The notes under the pieces: model-generated
What the model saw: only the letters and a program-made list of their open reading frames with translations
What the model was told of the DNA's origin: nothing
Databases searched by the model: none
In this document: in pieces, positions 10,315 to 20,743 of the stretch
Layout of the letters: every line of letters begins with the position of its first letter
How positions within the stretch are numbered: position 1 is the first letter of the stretch
From: Endomicrobiales bacterium
GTDB lineage: Bacteria > Elusimicrobiota > Endomicrobiia > Endomicrobiales > JALOBY01
Direction: 5' to 3'
Assembly: GCA_963796955.1 (NCBI GenBank)
Contig: CAWCNJ010000008.1
Location: 352,001-416,000 of the forward strand
Length of the DNA stretch: 64,000 nt
Made by a program: the position numbers and the translations under genes

Positions 10315-11210
10315 TGGGAACAACAAGCGCGCTTCCCGGTATAACGATTATTATTCCTTCCTGCAACGGCTTGGAGCTTTTAAAACAGTGCCTGCCCGCT
10401 GTCCTTGACGAAAGAGCGGCTTACGGCGGTCAGACCGAAATATTGATTGTCGACGATGGGGGGAAGGACGGAACGGCGGAAAAGATACCGCAACTGTTCG
10501 CGGGTGTTAAGACCATAAAGAACAGCAGGAATTTTGGCTATGCCCGCTCAATAAATGCAGCTATCAGGAAATCCGGCTGTCCGCTGGTTCTTCTCCTGAA
10601 CAACGATATGGAGATAAGCCATCCCCTGCTGCAGCCCATGTCTAGATTATTCACTGATAAGAACCTGTTCGCGGCACAGCCGAACATCGTCTCAGGAACA
10701 AGCGACAAAAATGAACATTACCTGGCGCATTTCAGGCAGTTGCCCGGCTTTTTCATATACAGCTATAGTAAGACCGAATTAAAATCAACGGAGCCGGTAA
10801 GAATGGACTTCGTTTCTGGCGGCTGCTCGATGTTCGACAAGGAAAAGTTCATTTTCCTCGGTCTGTTCGATGAACTATTTTCTCCGGTCTATTTCGAGGA
10901 TATAGACATCTGCTTCAGAGCTCAGCAGTTCAACTGGAAGTCTCTCTATTACCCTGAGACGACCGTTTACCACCGACATCCCGGCGCGACGGTAAACGGC
11001 ATGTATTCCTCTTTTAAGAAACAGTTCATCCACAAGAAAAATTATTTCGCTTTTCTTTTAAAGAATTTTATCTTTTTCAGATCGCCATTTCTTTATCCAT
11101 TTACACTTGTTCCTTATGCTTTAATGAAGACATTCGCAAACCCCGCCTTTCTTCCTGGTTTCGCGTCAGCTTTGAAAGCGTACTTGTTCAATCGGAGGCA
11201 GCATGTGTAA
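10314..11210 (+). CDS. GT2 glycosyltransferase
   Basis: IVDDG, NFGYA, LLNND, FDELFSPVYFEDID motifs. Confidence 0.88.
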   Translation: MGTTSALPGITIIIPSCNGLELLKQCLPAVLDERAAYGGQTEILIVDDGGKDGTAEKIPQLFAGVKTIKNSRNFGYARSINAAIRKSGCPLVLLLNNDMEISHPLLQPMSRLFTDKNLFAAQPNIVSGTSDKNEHYLAHFRQLPGFFIYSYSKTELKSTEPVRMDFVSGGCSMFDKEKFIFLGLFDELFSPVYFEDIDICFRAQQFNWKSLYYPETTVYHRHPGATVNGMYSSFKKQFIHKKNYFAFLLKNFIFFRSPFLYPFTLVPYALMKTFANPAFLPGFASALKAYLFNRRQHV

Positions 11211-11892
11211 TGCGGATTGTATAACCTTTGGCGCGATGAATTTAACGACAAAGGATGTCGAAGGAAAAAGGATCCTGGAAGTCGGTTCCTGCAACGTTAA
11301 TGGCAGCTTAAAGACCCTCCTTTCACATCTGCAGCCTGCAGTTTACACCGGTGTTGATATTTGCGAAGGCCCCGGAGTCGATCGGGTGTGTGAGGTGGGA
11401 GACCTTGCGAAAGAATTTGGGAACGAGTCGTTCGATATTGTCATTTCCACTGAGATGATCGAGCATGTCCGCGACTGGAAAACCGCAATTACCAATATCA
11501 AAGCCGTCCTGAGCCCCGGCGGCAAGCTTATACTGACAACACGCTCAAAGGGCTTCAGTTATCATGGCTTCCCATATGATTTCTGGCGCTTTGAAATTGA
11601 GGATATGAAAGCCATTTTTCCCGACTTTGAAATCCTGAACCTTATTAAAGATGATACTTCTCCCGGTGTACTGCTGGCGGCGACAAAGCGCGGAACGGCC
11701 CCGGTTAATTTAGCCGATATCGCTCTTTATTCCGTTGTCCTATCAAGGATCGCGCCCGAAGTCTCAGACCGCGACATCGCCGTGTTCCGTTTTAAAAGAG
11801 CCATCTTTATAATGGTAGAGAGCATAATTTTTTTCCCCGCAAAGTCTGTTCGGAGGCTATTAAAAAAACTATTGCAACTGAATTCTATCTAA
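11203..11892 (+). CDS. Class I SAM-dependent methyltransferase
   Basis: ILEVGS, EMIEH, HGFPYDFWRF motifs. Confidence 0.85.
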   Translation: MCNADCITFGAMNLTTKDVEGKRILEVGSCNVNGSLKTLLSHLQPAVYTGVDICEGPGVDRVCEVGDLAKEFGNESFDIVISTEMIEHVRDWKTAITNIKAVLSPGGKLILTTRSKGFSYHGFPYDFWRFEIEDMKAIFPDFEILNLIKDDTSPGVLLAATKRGTAPVNLADIALYSVVLSRIAPEVSDRDIAVFRFKRAIFIMVESIIFFPAKSVRRLLKKLLQLNSI

Positions 11893-11904
11893 GGAGCTAA
11901 CGCA

Positions 11905-12708
11905 ATGAAAGGAATTTCTGCAGTACTTATCGTCCGCAATGAAGAAAGAAATATCGAGCCCTGCCTTGAATCGATCAAATGGGTCGACGAAATAATAGTA
12001 ATAGACCAGTCCTCTACAGATAGAACCGTTGAACTTGCGAAAAAATACACGAATAACATACATATCACGGCGAATAAGAATATCTGCAACCCTGACAGGG
12101 AATTCGGCGCTGAGATCGCTACAGGCGAATGGATACTGCTTATTGAAGCTGATGAAAGGATAACCCCGGACCTTAAAGCCGAACTGGCAGCAGCAGCCGT
12201 TGCGACAAATCCGATAGATATATTTTTCATGCCGGTGAAAACATATTTTAACGGCAAATGGATACGCACCTGCGGGTGGTTCCCGGCCTACATTCCGCGT
12301 TTGTTCAGAAAAGGGATCATAAAATTCGGGGCCGGAATACATACCAACGGCCTTTTTCTTTCCCAGAAGACAGCCTACCTGAAGTGCACGCTCGACCACT
12401 TTTCTTACGATTCAATTAACGGTTGGATCGCCAAGTTCATGAGGTACACGACCCAGCGGGCGGATGAGGATTTTGCGAACGGAAAGCGGCCTAACCTGAA
12501 AAACACTGTAATGTCATTTTTTTTACGACCCGTTTATTACTTCTTTCGAAAATACATCATTCAGCAGGGTTTCAGGGATGGATGGCGCGGCCTCTTCATA
12601 AGCATGTCATCACCCATGACAATCATTATGGAATATTTTAAGCTCATCGAGCTTGCTGACAGGGCAAAGAACAGCACAACGGCGGCCGCCATGAGCCAGG
12701 GCAAATGA
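11905..12708 (+). CDS. GT2 beta-glucosyltransferase-like (WaaE/KdtX type)
   Basis: NEE.NI..CL.S, S.DRT, ADE motifs and C-terminal GF.DG..G. Confidence 0.85.
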   Translation: MKGISAVLIVRNEERNIEPCLESIKWVDEIIVIDQSSTDRTVELAKKYTNNIHITANKNICNPDREFGAEIATGEWILLIEADERITPDLKAELAAAAVATNPIDIFFMPVKTYFNGKWIRTCGWFPAYIPRLFRKGIIKFGAGIHTNGLFLSQKTAYLKCTLDHFSYDSINGWIAKFMRYTTQRADEDFANGKRPNLKNTVMSFFLRPVYYFFRKYIIQQGFRDGWRGLFISMSSPMTIIMEYFKLIELADRAKNSTTAAAMSQGK

Positions 12709-13779
12709 AGGTTTGCTATTTCGGCGCCTACGACCCGAAATACGTCAGAAACAGAGTAATACGAAAGGGTTCTTGTTCAAAACGGCATTCAGTATGTTGA
12801 ATGCCACATATCGCAAAGTATATATCACTGGACAATCATTAATTTCCTGCTATTGTTAAAGTGGTTCACCGTAAAGAAAGATTTCTCTACAGTCATTGTC
12901 AGCGAGACCGAGTATGTTTTTGTTCCGCTTGCCAGACTATTGTGCTCGATATGGAAGAAGTCCCTTGTTTTTGACGCCTTCTTTTCATACTACGACATGA
13001 CAGTCAATGACAGAAAAACGGTAAGGCCGAACAGCCTTACGGCACGCAGATATCATTATTTCGATGAGCTCGGGTGCAGGCTTGCGGACCGTATCATGGT
13101 AGACACCGAGCAGCATGCGCAATTTTTCATCAGTGAATTTAACGTACCCGGGAATAAAATCGATGTTATCAGGGTTGGCGCCGATGAGTCGATATATTTT
13201 CCCGTCGAAGCCACTAAGTCGGAAAAACATTTTTCAGTGCTTTTTACCGGCACCTATATTCCTTTGCACGGGGTTGAAATTATCATCAAGGCAGCAGAGA
13301 TACTTAAGGATGAACCTATTGATTTTCTGCTTATAGGAGATGGCCAGACGAGATCGGACACAACGTCTTTGGCGAGAAGCCTTAAGCTTAACAACATTAA
13401 ATTCATGGACTACCTTCCTGAAAACGAGCTCGCAAGATATGTCAATGCAGCAGATCTGTGTCTCGGTATTTTTGGAAGCTCGCAAAAATCAACGCGAGTG
13501 ATCCCCTGCAAGATCTATAGTGCCATAGCCTGCGCCAAACCCGTTTTGACGATGGATTCGCCTGCTATCAGAGAATGTTTTATCGATGGTGTCAACATAG
13601 CGCTTTGCAAACCGTCAAAACCCGAATCGTTGGCGGAGAAGATACTTGAGCTAAAGAACGACCCGAGCTTAAGGAAAACTATCGCACGCAACAGCTACAA
13701 ACTTTTCAACGATACTTTTACACCAGCTCATCTCGTAAAGCCTCTCGTTGAACGTCTCAATTCTGGTGTAAACAAATGA
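12705..13779 (+). CDS. GT4 glycosyltransferase with +1 frameshift near 12770
   Basis: ATG 12705 (ATGA overlap) reads MKVCYFGAYDPKYVRNRVIRKG and continues LVQNGIQYVECH in the +1 frame into the 12853 ORF (GTYIPLHG, VIPCKIY). Confidence 0.8.
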
Positions 13780-14810
13780 AGATGGAAAATAACCCTCATT
13801 GCCTGCTTTGCGATGTGGAAGGTTTCATGCGCTACCGCGATCTGCCTGACCGCCTTTTCGGCGTTCCCGGGCAATTCTCCCACAGGGAGTGCCCCCAATG
13901 CGGCATGGTTTGGCTGGATCCCAGACCCACACCGGATGCTATTGGCCAGTGTTATCAGCAGTACTACACTCACGTTTCGAACACAAGCACAACAACGGAC
14001 CGGTCGAACACACGCAGACCGCTGGGCTTGTTGCGGGATTGGCTGCGGACGCAAATACTTTGCGGTCATTACGGCTACGGGAACATTCTTCACAGACATG
14101 GTTTATGTTTCCTGGGCCGTGCACTTGGCTCATTTTCATTTTTAAGACGTCGCGCCGTCAATGACGCTATGGGCGAATTGTTGCCTCACTTCAAGCCCGG
14201 AGGAACTATTCTAGATATAGGCTGCGGCGCCGGCGACTACCTGGCTGCCATGCAGAATCTTGGCTGGCACGTATCAGGGGTAGAGCCTGATCCGGTTTCC
14301 GCTGAACGGGCAAGAGCGCGCGGTCTGGAGATAAAAACAGGCTCACTCGCGCAGGCCCGTATCGCGGATCACAGCTTTGATCAGGTAACAATGCGCCATG
14401 TTCTTGAACACCTGCACGACCCGGTCGCGGTGATCAAAGAATGTTTCAGGATACTGAAAAAAGGCGGCAGGCTGGTGCTGCTGACACCGAACAAAGACAG
14501 TCTGGGGCACAAACACTTCAGGGAAACATATTTTCATTTGGACCCGCCCAGACATCTTACTTTGTTTTCTACAAAAGCCATCGTACGGCTCTTCCAAAAG
14601 TCGCAGTTTACCGACGTTCGAATTAATACTCTTACCAGGGCCGCCGTGGGCAGTTATAATGCAAGTTCGATAATCAGGGATACAGGAAAGCTTGTTGACT
14701 CGAATATCCTGCCTCAAAAGGGCAGGCTTCTATTTTATACCAAAGAGATATTTCTTAATATGCTCGGCAAAGAATGCGGAGAGGAAATAGAAGTAGTGGC
14801 TGTCAAATAA
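13776..14810 (+). CDS. SAM-dependent methyltransferase with N-terminal CxxC..CxxC zinc-ribbon
   Basis: CLLC/CPQC, LDIGCG, HVLEH, PPRH motifs. Confidence 0.87.
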   Translation: MKMENNPHCLLCDVEGFMRYRDLPDRLFGVPGQFSHRECPQCGMVWLDPRPTPDAIGQCYQQYYTHVSNTSTTTDRSNTRRPLGLLRDWLRTQILCGHYGYGNILHRHGLCFLGRALGSFSFLRRRAVNDAMGELLPHFKPGGTILDIGCGAGDYLAAMQNLGWHVSGVEPDPVSAERARARGLEIKTGSLAQARIADHSFDQVTMRHVLEHLHDPVAVIKECFRILKKGGRLVLLTPNKDSLGHKHFRETYFHLDPPRHLTLFSTKAIVRLFQKSQFTDVRINTLTRAAVGSYNASSIIRDTGKLVDSNILPQKGRLLFYTKEIFLNMLGKECGEEIEVVAVK

Positions 14811-14834
14811 TGACCTTACAGGAGAGGATGACAA

Positions 14835-15671
14835 ATGGCTATTACAAATGACTTATTGCTTACCGAGCTGCTGCAGCAAAGGCTCGTGAAAATGAAATCA
14901 TTTTGTGTCGATAAAACCATAGCCAATTTCACACATCAATACGAGCTGCATAAACGTGTGAACAATCTTCTTAAGAGCGTCCAACAGTTGGTTGATACGC
15001 TTGGATCTTCTAAAAAGCTCAGGGTCCTTGACCTGGGGTGCGGTGACGGATTCAATTCCTTCAATCTTTATTACAATCTGAAGAATGCGAACATTGTAAT
15101 CGACGGCGTAGACTTTATAGAAATGGACATTTATATCGCGAACAAGACAAAAGAGTACTTACAGATCGACAACGACAAGATCGTTTTTTCAATAGGTGAC
15201 GCCTGTGATCTGAAATTGAGCCCAGAGCTTTTCGACATTGTAGTATTCAGCGAGGTTATCGAGCATCTGCCCGAACCTGAAAAGTCTATAAGAGAAATTT
15301 CAAAAGTCCTTAAAAAAGGCGGCTTTCTGGTATTAAGCACACCGAACGCGCACAACCCGGTCGTTGATGTGGCGCAAAAGCTCAAAGAGGTTCTCGGGAA
15401 AGTGGAACGCAAAAAAAGCGCGGTGGGATGGCAGGGAAAGTATCCCGGACATATTTCCACAATGAGCGTGGCGCAGCTGAAAGAACTGGTAACCAGGAAC
15501 GGCTTCAGGACCGTGAACCTTAAGCGCGGCAGTATTTTATACGGCTCGAACAACCTGGACCGGCACCCGGTAATTTCAGCGCTGATAATTATCTTCGACA
15601 GAATACTTGACCATTTACCGTTCACCCGTTCAATTACGGAAAACATCACGATGGTCCTGGCAAAAGAGTAA
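14835..15671 (+). CDS. Class I SAM-dependent methyltransferase
   Basis: VLDLGCGDG, SEVIEH, STPN motifs; AGGAG RBS. Confidence 0.87.
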   Translation: MAITNDLLLTELLQQRLVKMKSFCVDKTIANFTHQYELHKRVNNLLKSVQQLVDTLGSSKKLRVLDLGCGDGFNSFNLYYNLKNANIVIDGVDFIEMDIYIANKTKEYLQIDNDKIVFSIGDACDLKLSPELFDIVVFSEVIEHLPEPEKSIREISKVLKKGGFLVLSTPNAHNPVVDVAQKLKEVLGKVERKKSAVGWQGKYPGHISTMSVAQLKELVTRNGFRTVNLKRGSILYGSNNLDRHPVISALIIIFDRILDHLPFTRSITENITMVLAKE

Positions 15672-15695
15672 CTGGAAAGGGAGAATAAGTAAACC

Positions 15696-18600
15696 ATGTG
15701 CGGAATTTGCGGATTTGCAGGCACACATAACCCGGAACTGCTTAGACGTATGGCCACGAGCATTTTCCATCGAGGTCCTGATGGCGAGGGGTTATTCGAG
15801 GATGGAGAACGGGTCGGTCTGGGTATGCGCCGCCTTGCCATCATTGATATTGCCGGCGGAAATCAACCGATATACAATGAGGATAAGACCTTAGCCGTTG
15901 TTTTTAACGGCGAGATATACAACTATAGGGAATTGCGCGACAGGCTGATCTCAAAAGGTCACAGGTTCTCAACGAATTCCGACACCGAGACGATCGTGCA
16001 CGCATACGAGGAATATGGCGACAGCTGTTCATCGCATTTTCGCGGTATGTTCGCTTTCGCCATATGGGACACCCGCAATAAAAGACTTTTTATCGGACGA
16101 GATCATTTCGGCATTAAACCTCTCTACTACGCAGAGCTGGGCGGTCAACTATATTTCGGTTCCGAGATCAAATGCCTTCTGCAGCACGCTCCGCTCAACA
16201 CCGGCATGGATTACAACGCCCTGGACAATTATTTTTCTCTCACCTACATTCCCGAACCTCTTTCGGCTTTTAAGGGGGTTCGCAAGCTTCCACCGGCGCA
16301 CAACCTGATCTGGCAAAACGGCAAGATTACCATTAAGAGCTACTGGTCTGTACCAGCATACAGCCCCGGCCCGCGTTTGAGCGACAAGGAACATGCCGCT
16401 GCCGTAACACAGATGTTGATAAATTCTCTGGCAGAACAAAAGGTGGCGGATGTTCCACTTGGCGTATTCCTTTCTGGGGGTCTGGACTCAAGCGCGATAG
16501 TGGCTTTTCTTTTCCAGCAACTGAAAATACCGGTCAAATCATTTTCGATCGGATATCAGTCGGCGGATATGTCCTACGACGAGACAGCAAAGGCGCGCCT
16601 GATCGCGCGTTACTTCGGTTGCGAGCATCATGAACATATCGTAAACCCCAATGCATGTGAAATACTCCCGCTGCTTGCGGCCCATTTCGACGAGCCTTTT
16701 GCAGATTCATCCGCGATCCCTACCTATTTAGTTTCACGGGAGGCCCGCAAGCATATTACCGTAGCCCTTACCGGCATCGGAGGCGACGAGATCTTTGCCG
16801 GCTACCCGCGCTACATGGGCGCCCAGTTATCGCAAGACTACGCCCGGTTGCCGCTCTTTCTACGGCGCGGCATAGCCTCTGCAAGTAGATTGGTACCGGA
16901 AACAAGAGCCAGCCGCAATATCGGCGGGTGGATCAGGCGTTTCGCTGCCGGCGGCACCATGCCATTTTCGCAGCGGTACGCATTTTGGGTTACGTTCCTG
17001 CACGAAAAAGATAAACAGGCTCTCTACACCCCACAATTTTCCGAACAATGCGCTGGCAACGACTACCTTTCATCCGCCTTTGTCAGTGGTCTTAACGACC
17101 CTGATGATCTTTTCAAGCACGATATCAATACTTATTTAAGCGACGATCTGCTGTGCCTTGCGGACCGCTCTTCCATGGCCGCCTCACTTGAACTGCGCGT
17201 TCCATTTCTCGATGTGCGTTTAGTGGAGTACATGAGCCGCATCTCACTCGCCGACAAAACGCACGGGAGGCGACTTAAGAACCTGCTTAAGATCGCGCTC
17301 TCTGATGTTTTACCGCAATCAATATTACAGCAAAAAAAACAGGGCTTTCAGATACCTATCGGACGCTGGATAAATACAGACCTTAAGGATATGGTTGACG
17401 ACCTGCTGAGCCCCGCCATGCTGGCTCGCGACGGTTTCTTTAATTCATCGGCTGTCATGAAAATGCTCTCAGACCACAGGAGCGGTTACCGCAACTTCAC
17501 GGACCAGATATATTCCCTTGTAATGTTTCAGCTTTGGCAGATAAACATGAAAAAGCTGTATGCATCGTCAGGCAGAACCTCGCCGGCAGAGACTTACACA
17601 TGCGCCACAAACAAAATATCACTTGACGCGCAGCTCAATACCAATCCGCGTAACAATATTCTGCTGATAAATATCGCCGGCATCGGCGACTTCCTCGAAT
17701 CGCAAAAAAGCATCGCCGCTATCCGTGAAAGTTACCCTTCTGCACATATAACGCTGTTGGTTTCCACAAAAGTTGCTGAGTATGCCGCAGCCTGTAAACT
17801 TGCCGATGAAATACGAGTATTCCCGGTAAGGCACGGACGTGGCCACGGCAGGCTTTTCAGCAGGGAGACGCTTAAGCTTATCAAGCTTATCGGCATCCTT
17901 AAAGAACGGCGCTATAACACTGCCATCAATTTTTCGGAGATCAGCACATGGGCCGGCGCGCTGCGTATGTACATACTGCTGCTGGTGCTTGGTATCAAGG
18001 AAACCTACGGCCGCAATACTAATGGGCGGGGTTTCTTCATGAAATACGCCATCCCCGATATGCCTGACGATAATCACGGTCAGCACTGGTACTTTGCAAA
18101 ACTGGTGGAGCTATTCACGGGCAGACAATCACTCAGAGAGCACAAAACGTGTATAACCGCTACAGACACAGGATCCGTTGGAACTTTTCTAAAAAGACAC
18201 AACGTTGATGCCTCAGCTCGACTGCTTATAATCAGCCCGGGTTCTGACCGGCTTACCAGGCGCTGGCAGGCCGATCGGTTCGCAAAAGCCGCAGATAGTA
18301 TTGCCGTCAAACATGACCTCACTACTATTATTGTCGGCAGTGCGAACGAACGGCAAACAGCCGAGGAGGTCCGCTCCGCCATGAAAACGACTTCGATCAA
18401 TGGGGCAGGTGAGTTTTCCATAAGCGGCACCCTTGCTTTAATAGCTGGCGCAAAATTAGTTATCTGCACTAACAGCGCACTCATGCACATGGCTGGCATA
18501 ATGTCCGTGCCATTCGTGGCGATAGCAGGCTCCGGCGACATACCGCGGGACACCCCGGACGGCGATGAAAACCATATGAGGCTGTTAAAAATACCCATAC

Positions 18601-18713
18601 CCTGCAGTCCCTGCTATAATTATAGCTGCCGGCGTCTTAAAACCAATGAGTGCATGCAAATGATAACTGTCGAGCAGGTAATTGCCGCATGCGAAGAGGT
18701 GCTTCGATCATGA
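15696..18713 (+). CDS. asnB: Asparagine synthase-like glutamine amidotransferase (AsnB) fused to a C-terminal GT9 domain
   Basis: MCGICG, HRGPD, NGEIYN, LSGGLDSS, DRSSMA.SLELRVPFLD; from about 17655 NIAGIGDF, SPG....RRW, NSALMHMA, CSPC (GT9). Confidence 0.88.
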   Translation: MCGICGFAGTHNPELLRRMATSIFHRGPDGEGLFEDGERVGLGMRRLAIIDIAGGNQPIYNEDKTLAVVFNGEIYNYRELRDRLISKGHRFSTNSDTETIVHAYEEYGDSCSSHFRGMFAFAIWDTRNKRLFIGRDHFGIKPLYYAELGGQLYFGSEIKCLLQHAPLNTGMDYNALDNYFSLTYIPEPLSAFKGVRKLPPAHNLIWQNGKITIKSYWSVPAYSPGPRLSDKEHAAAVTQMLINSLAEQKVADVPLGVFLSGGLDSSAIVAFLFQQLKIPVKSFSIGYQSADMSYDETAKARLIARYFGCEHHEHIVNPNACEILPLLAAHFDEPFADSSAIPTYLVSREARKHITVALTGIGGDEIFAGYPRYMGAQLSQDYARLPLFLRRGIASASRLVPETRASRNIGGWIRRFAAGGTMPFSQRYAFWVTFLHEKDKQALYTPQFSEQCAGNDYLSSAFVSGLNDPDDLFKHDINTYLSDDLLCLADRSSMAASLELRVPFLDVRLVEYMSRISLADKTHGRRLKNLLKIALSDVLPQSILQQKKQGFQIPIGRWINTDLKDMVDDLLSPAMLARDGFFNSSAVMKMLSDHRSGYRNFTDQIYSLVMFQLWQINMKKLYASSGRTSPAETYTCATNKISLDAQLNTNPRNNILLINIAGIGDFLESQKSIAAIRESYPSAHITLLVSTKVAEYAAACKLADEIRVFPVRHGRGHGRLFSRETLKLIKLIGILKERRYNTAINFSEISTWAGALRMYILLLVLGIKETYGRNTNGRGFFMKYAIPDMPDDNHGQHWYFAKLVELFTGRQSLREHKTCITATDTGSVGTFLKRHNVDASARLLIISPGSDRLTRRWQADRFAKAADSIAVKHDLTTIIVGSANERQTAEEVRSAMKTTSINGAGEFSISGTLALIAGAKLVICTNSALMHMAGIMSVPFVAIAGSGDIPRDTPDGDENHMRLLKIPIPCSPCYNYSCRRLKTNECMQMITVEQVIAACEEVLRS

Positions 18714-18737
18714 GAACTATTATCCAACGACTACCAC

Positions 18738-19592
18738 ATGAAAAATAAGGAGACTTTTATGACACCCTGCCCTTTTTGCGACTCAACTACTTCGAAAACG
18801 ATTGCTTTCTCCTGGGTGCGTTGTTGCGGTTGCGGACTTGGGTTTAACCCCACCGGCTACGTGCCAACCAACGTCGCAACATCCGATGAAGACAGACAAG
18901 TCGTCTGGCATGATTCAGTCGATAAAATTAATATCAACGGCCTCTCAAAAATAGAATCAGTATTGGGACACAAAGGCAAACTTTTGGACCTTGGCTGTGG
19001 TCATGGTAATTTCATGAAAATGGCGATTGAAAACGGATGGGAAGCGGAAGGCATAGAGGTTTCAGAGCCGGCCATCCGTCAGGCACGTGACGTGTTTAAG
19101 CTGAAGGTTTACGACAAACCGCTCGAGTTCCTTTCCATACCGGAAAAAACCTACGACGCCGTTACTCTATGGCGTGTTCTGGACCTGCTGCCTGAACCGA
19201 GAAAAGAACTTGAAAGGATCAACAAGATACTCAAGCCCGGCGGAGTTATCTGGCTGCGTATCAACAATTTTGATTTCCACTACCCTGCATTCCGTTTAGG
19301 ACAACTACCGTTGCTCAAGGGAAACGTTCACCCGGGCGTGGTTCACCGTTATGGAATTAATGCCCGTGCATTACGGACCGTACTTGCTAACACTGGATTT
19401 ACCGGCATAACTATTTTGAATTCAGAACTGAGCAGCGGAGACCCGTATTCTTCAGGCGGCAATTTCGGGACCGCCCTGGTAGTTGTAACAAAGAAATTTC
19501 TCTTTGCCTTCTGGCAATTGGCAGCAAAGCTTTCGGCCAACCGTATACTGTGGTCATCTTCATTAAAGTGCTGGGCGCGGAGACCTAAATGA
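18738..19592 (+). CDS. SAM-dependent methyltransferase with N-terminal Cys pairs
   Basis: CPFC, CCGC, LLDLGCGHG, LKPGG motifs. Confidence 0.85.
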   Translation: MKNKETFMTPCPFCDSTTSKTIAFSWVRCCGCGLGFNPTGYVPTNVATSDEDRQVVWHDSVDKININGLSKIESVLGHKGKLLDLGCGHGNFMKMAIENGWEAEGIEVSEPAIRQARDVFKLKVYDKPLEFLSIPEKTYDAVTLWRVLDLLPEPRKELERINKILKPGGVIWLRINNFDFHYPAFRLGQLPLLKGNVHPGVVHRYGINARALRTVLANTGFTGITILNSELSSGDPYSSGGNFGTALVVVTKKFLFAFWQLAAKLSANRILWSSSLKCWARRPK

Positions 19593-20743
19593 CTGTTAAA
19601 CTACTTCATCTTATAACCCGTCTCGACACAGGCGGATCCGCCGAAAATGCTGTTATCACCAGCACATGCCTGAACAGAGAAAAATATGACATGCTTCTAA
19701 TTTACGGTCGCTCTGAAGAAACCCCGCGAGATTTTCAATTTCGTTCTATGGAGATGCCAAACCTTGTACGTAATATTTCACCAATAACCGATATAGGGGC
19801 ATTTATAAGTCTTTACAAGCTGTTCAAAAAAGAAAAACCCGACATCCTGCATACCCATTCATCAAAAGCAGGCTTTCTGGGACGCTGGGCAGGATGGCTT
19901 GCAGGTGTCCCGCGCATTATACACACGCCGCACGGCCATGTTTTCTACGGCTACGAATTTGGCCCGTTAAAGGCCGCCTTCTATTTGTGGCTGGAACGCA
20001 TCAGCGCGCTCATTACCTATAAGCTTGTTGCCCTTACCGACGGCGAGAAACAGGAATCTCTTGCCTGCGGCGTAGGCAAAGACGAACAGTGGACGATCAT
20101 CCATAGCGGTGTTGATACGCATGTCTGCCTTCCCTGTGGCGATGCTGCGGCAAGAAAAGAAATGGGTATACCGCAAAACGCCCTGGTGATAGGCACTGTG
20201 GCACGGCTGGAACCGGTCAAAGGCGTACGGTTCCTTATTGAATGTTTTCCGACGGTCATGTATGCCGGCAATCCCAACGTGCATCTGGTCATCGCCGGTG
20301 ATGGACAGGAACGCAAGATGCTTGAAGCACTCACAAAGAAATTGGATATTTTCCGCAGTGTAACATTCCTCGGTATGCGCTCCGACATCAGTAAAGTAAT
20401 GTCGACGATGGACATCTACGTTCAGCCGTCGTTGAACGAAGGTATGGGAAAAACCATTATCCAGGCACAAGCCTCCGGTTTACCGGTAGTCGCGACCAGA
20501 GTGCAGGGAATACCGAACGCCGTTAAGGAACATGAAACGGCGATACTTGTGGCACCCGGTGATGCACAGGCTCTGGCACGAGGCATACTTGCCCTTGTAA
20601 ACGCCCCGGAAACCAGAAAATGTTATGGAATACGCGCGAAGGAATGGGTGAATGAAGAACCCGAGCCGGGTTTTGAACGCTTCTGTTCGCCCTACATGGT
20701 AGCACTTCAGGAAAGGCTTTATGACTCAGCGACCATACGCTAA
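19589..20743 (+). CDS. GT4 glycosyltransferase (CapM-like)
   Basis: HTHSSKAG, HTPHGH, RLEPVKG, NEGMG motifs. Confidence 0.9.
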   Translation: MTVKLLHLITRLDTGGSAENAVITSTCLNREKYDMLLIYGRSEETPRDFQFRSMEMPNLVRNISPITDIGAFISLYKLFKKEKPDILHTHSSKAGFLGRWAGWLAGVPRIIHTPHGHVFYGYEFGPLKAAFYLWLERISALITYKLVALTDGEKQESLACGVGKDEQWTIIHSGVDTHVCLPCGDAAARKEMGIPQNALVIGTVARLEPVKGVRFLIECFPTVMYAGNPNVHLVIAGDGQERKMLEALTKKLDIFRSVTFLGMRSDISKVMSTMDIYVQPSLNEGMGKTIIQAQASGLPVVATRVQGIPNAVKEHETAILVAPGDAQALARGILALVNAPETRKCYGIRAKEWVNEEPEPGFERFCSPYMVALQERLYDSATIR

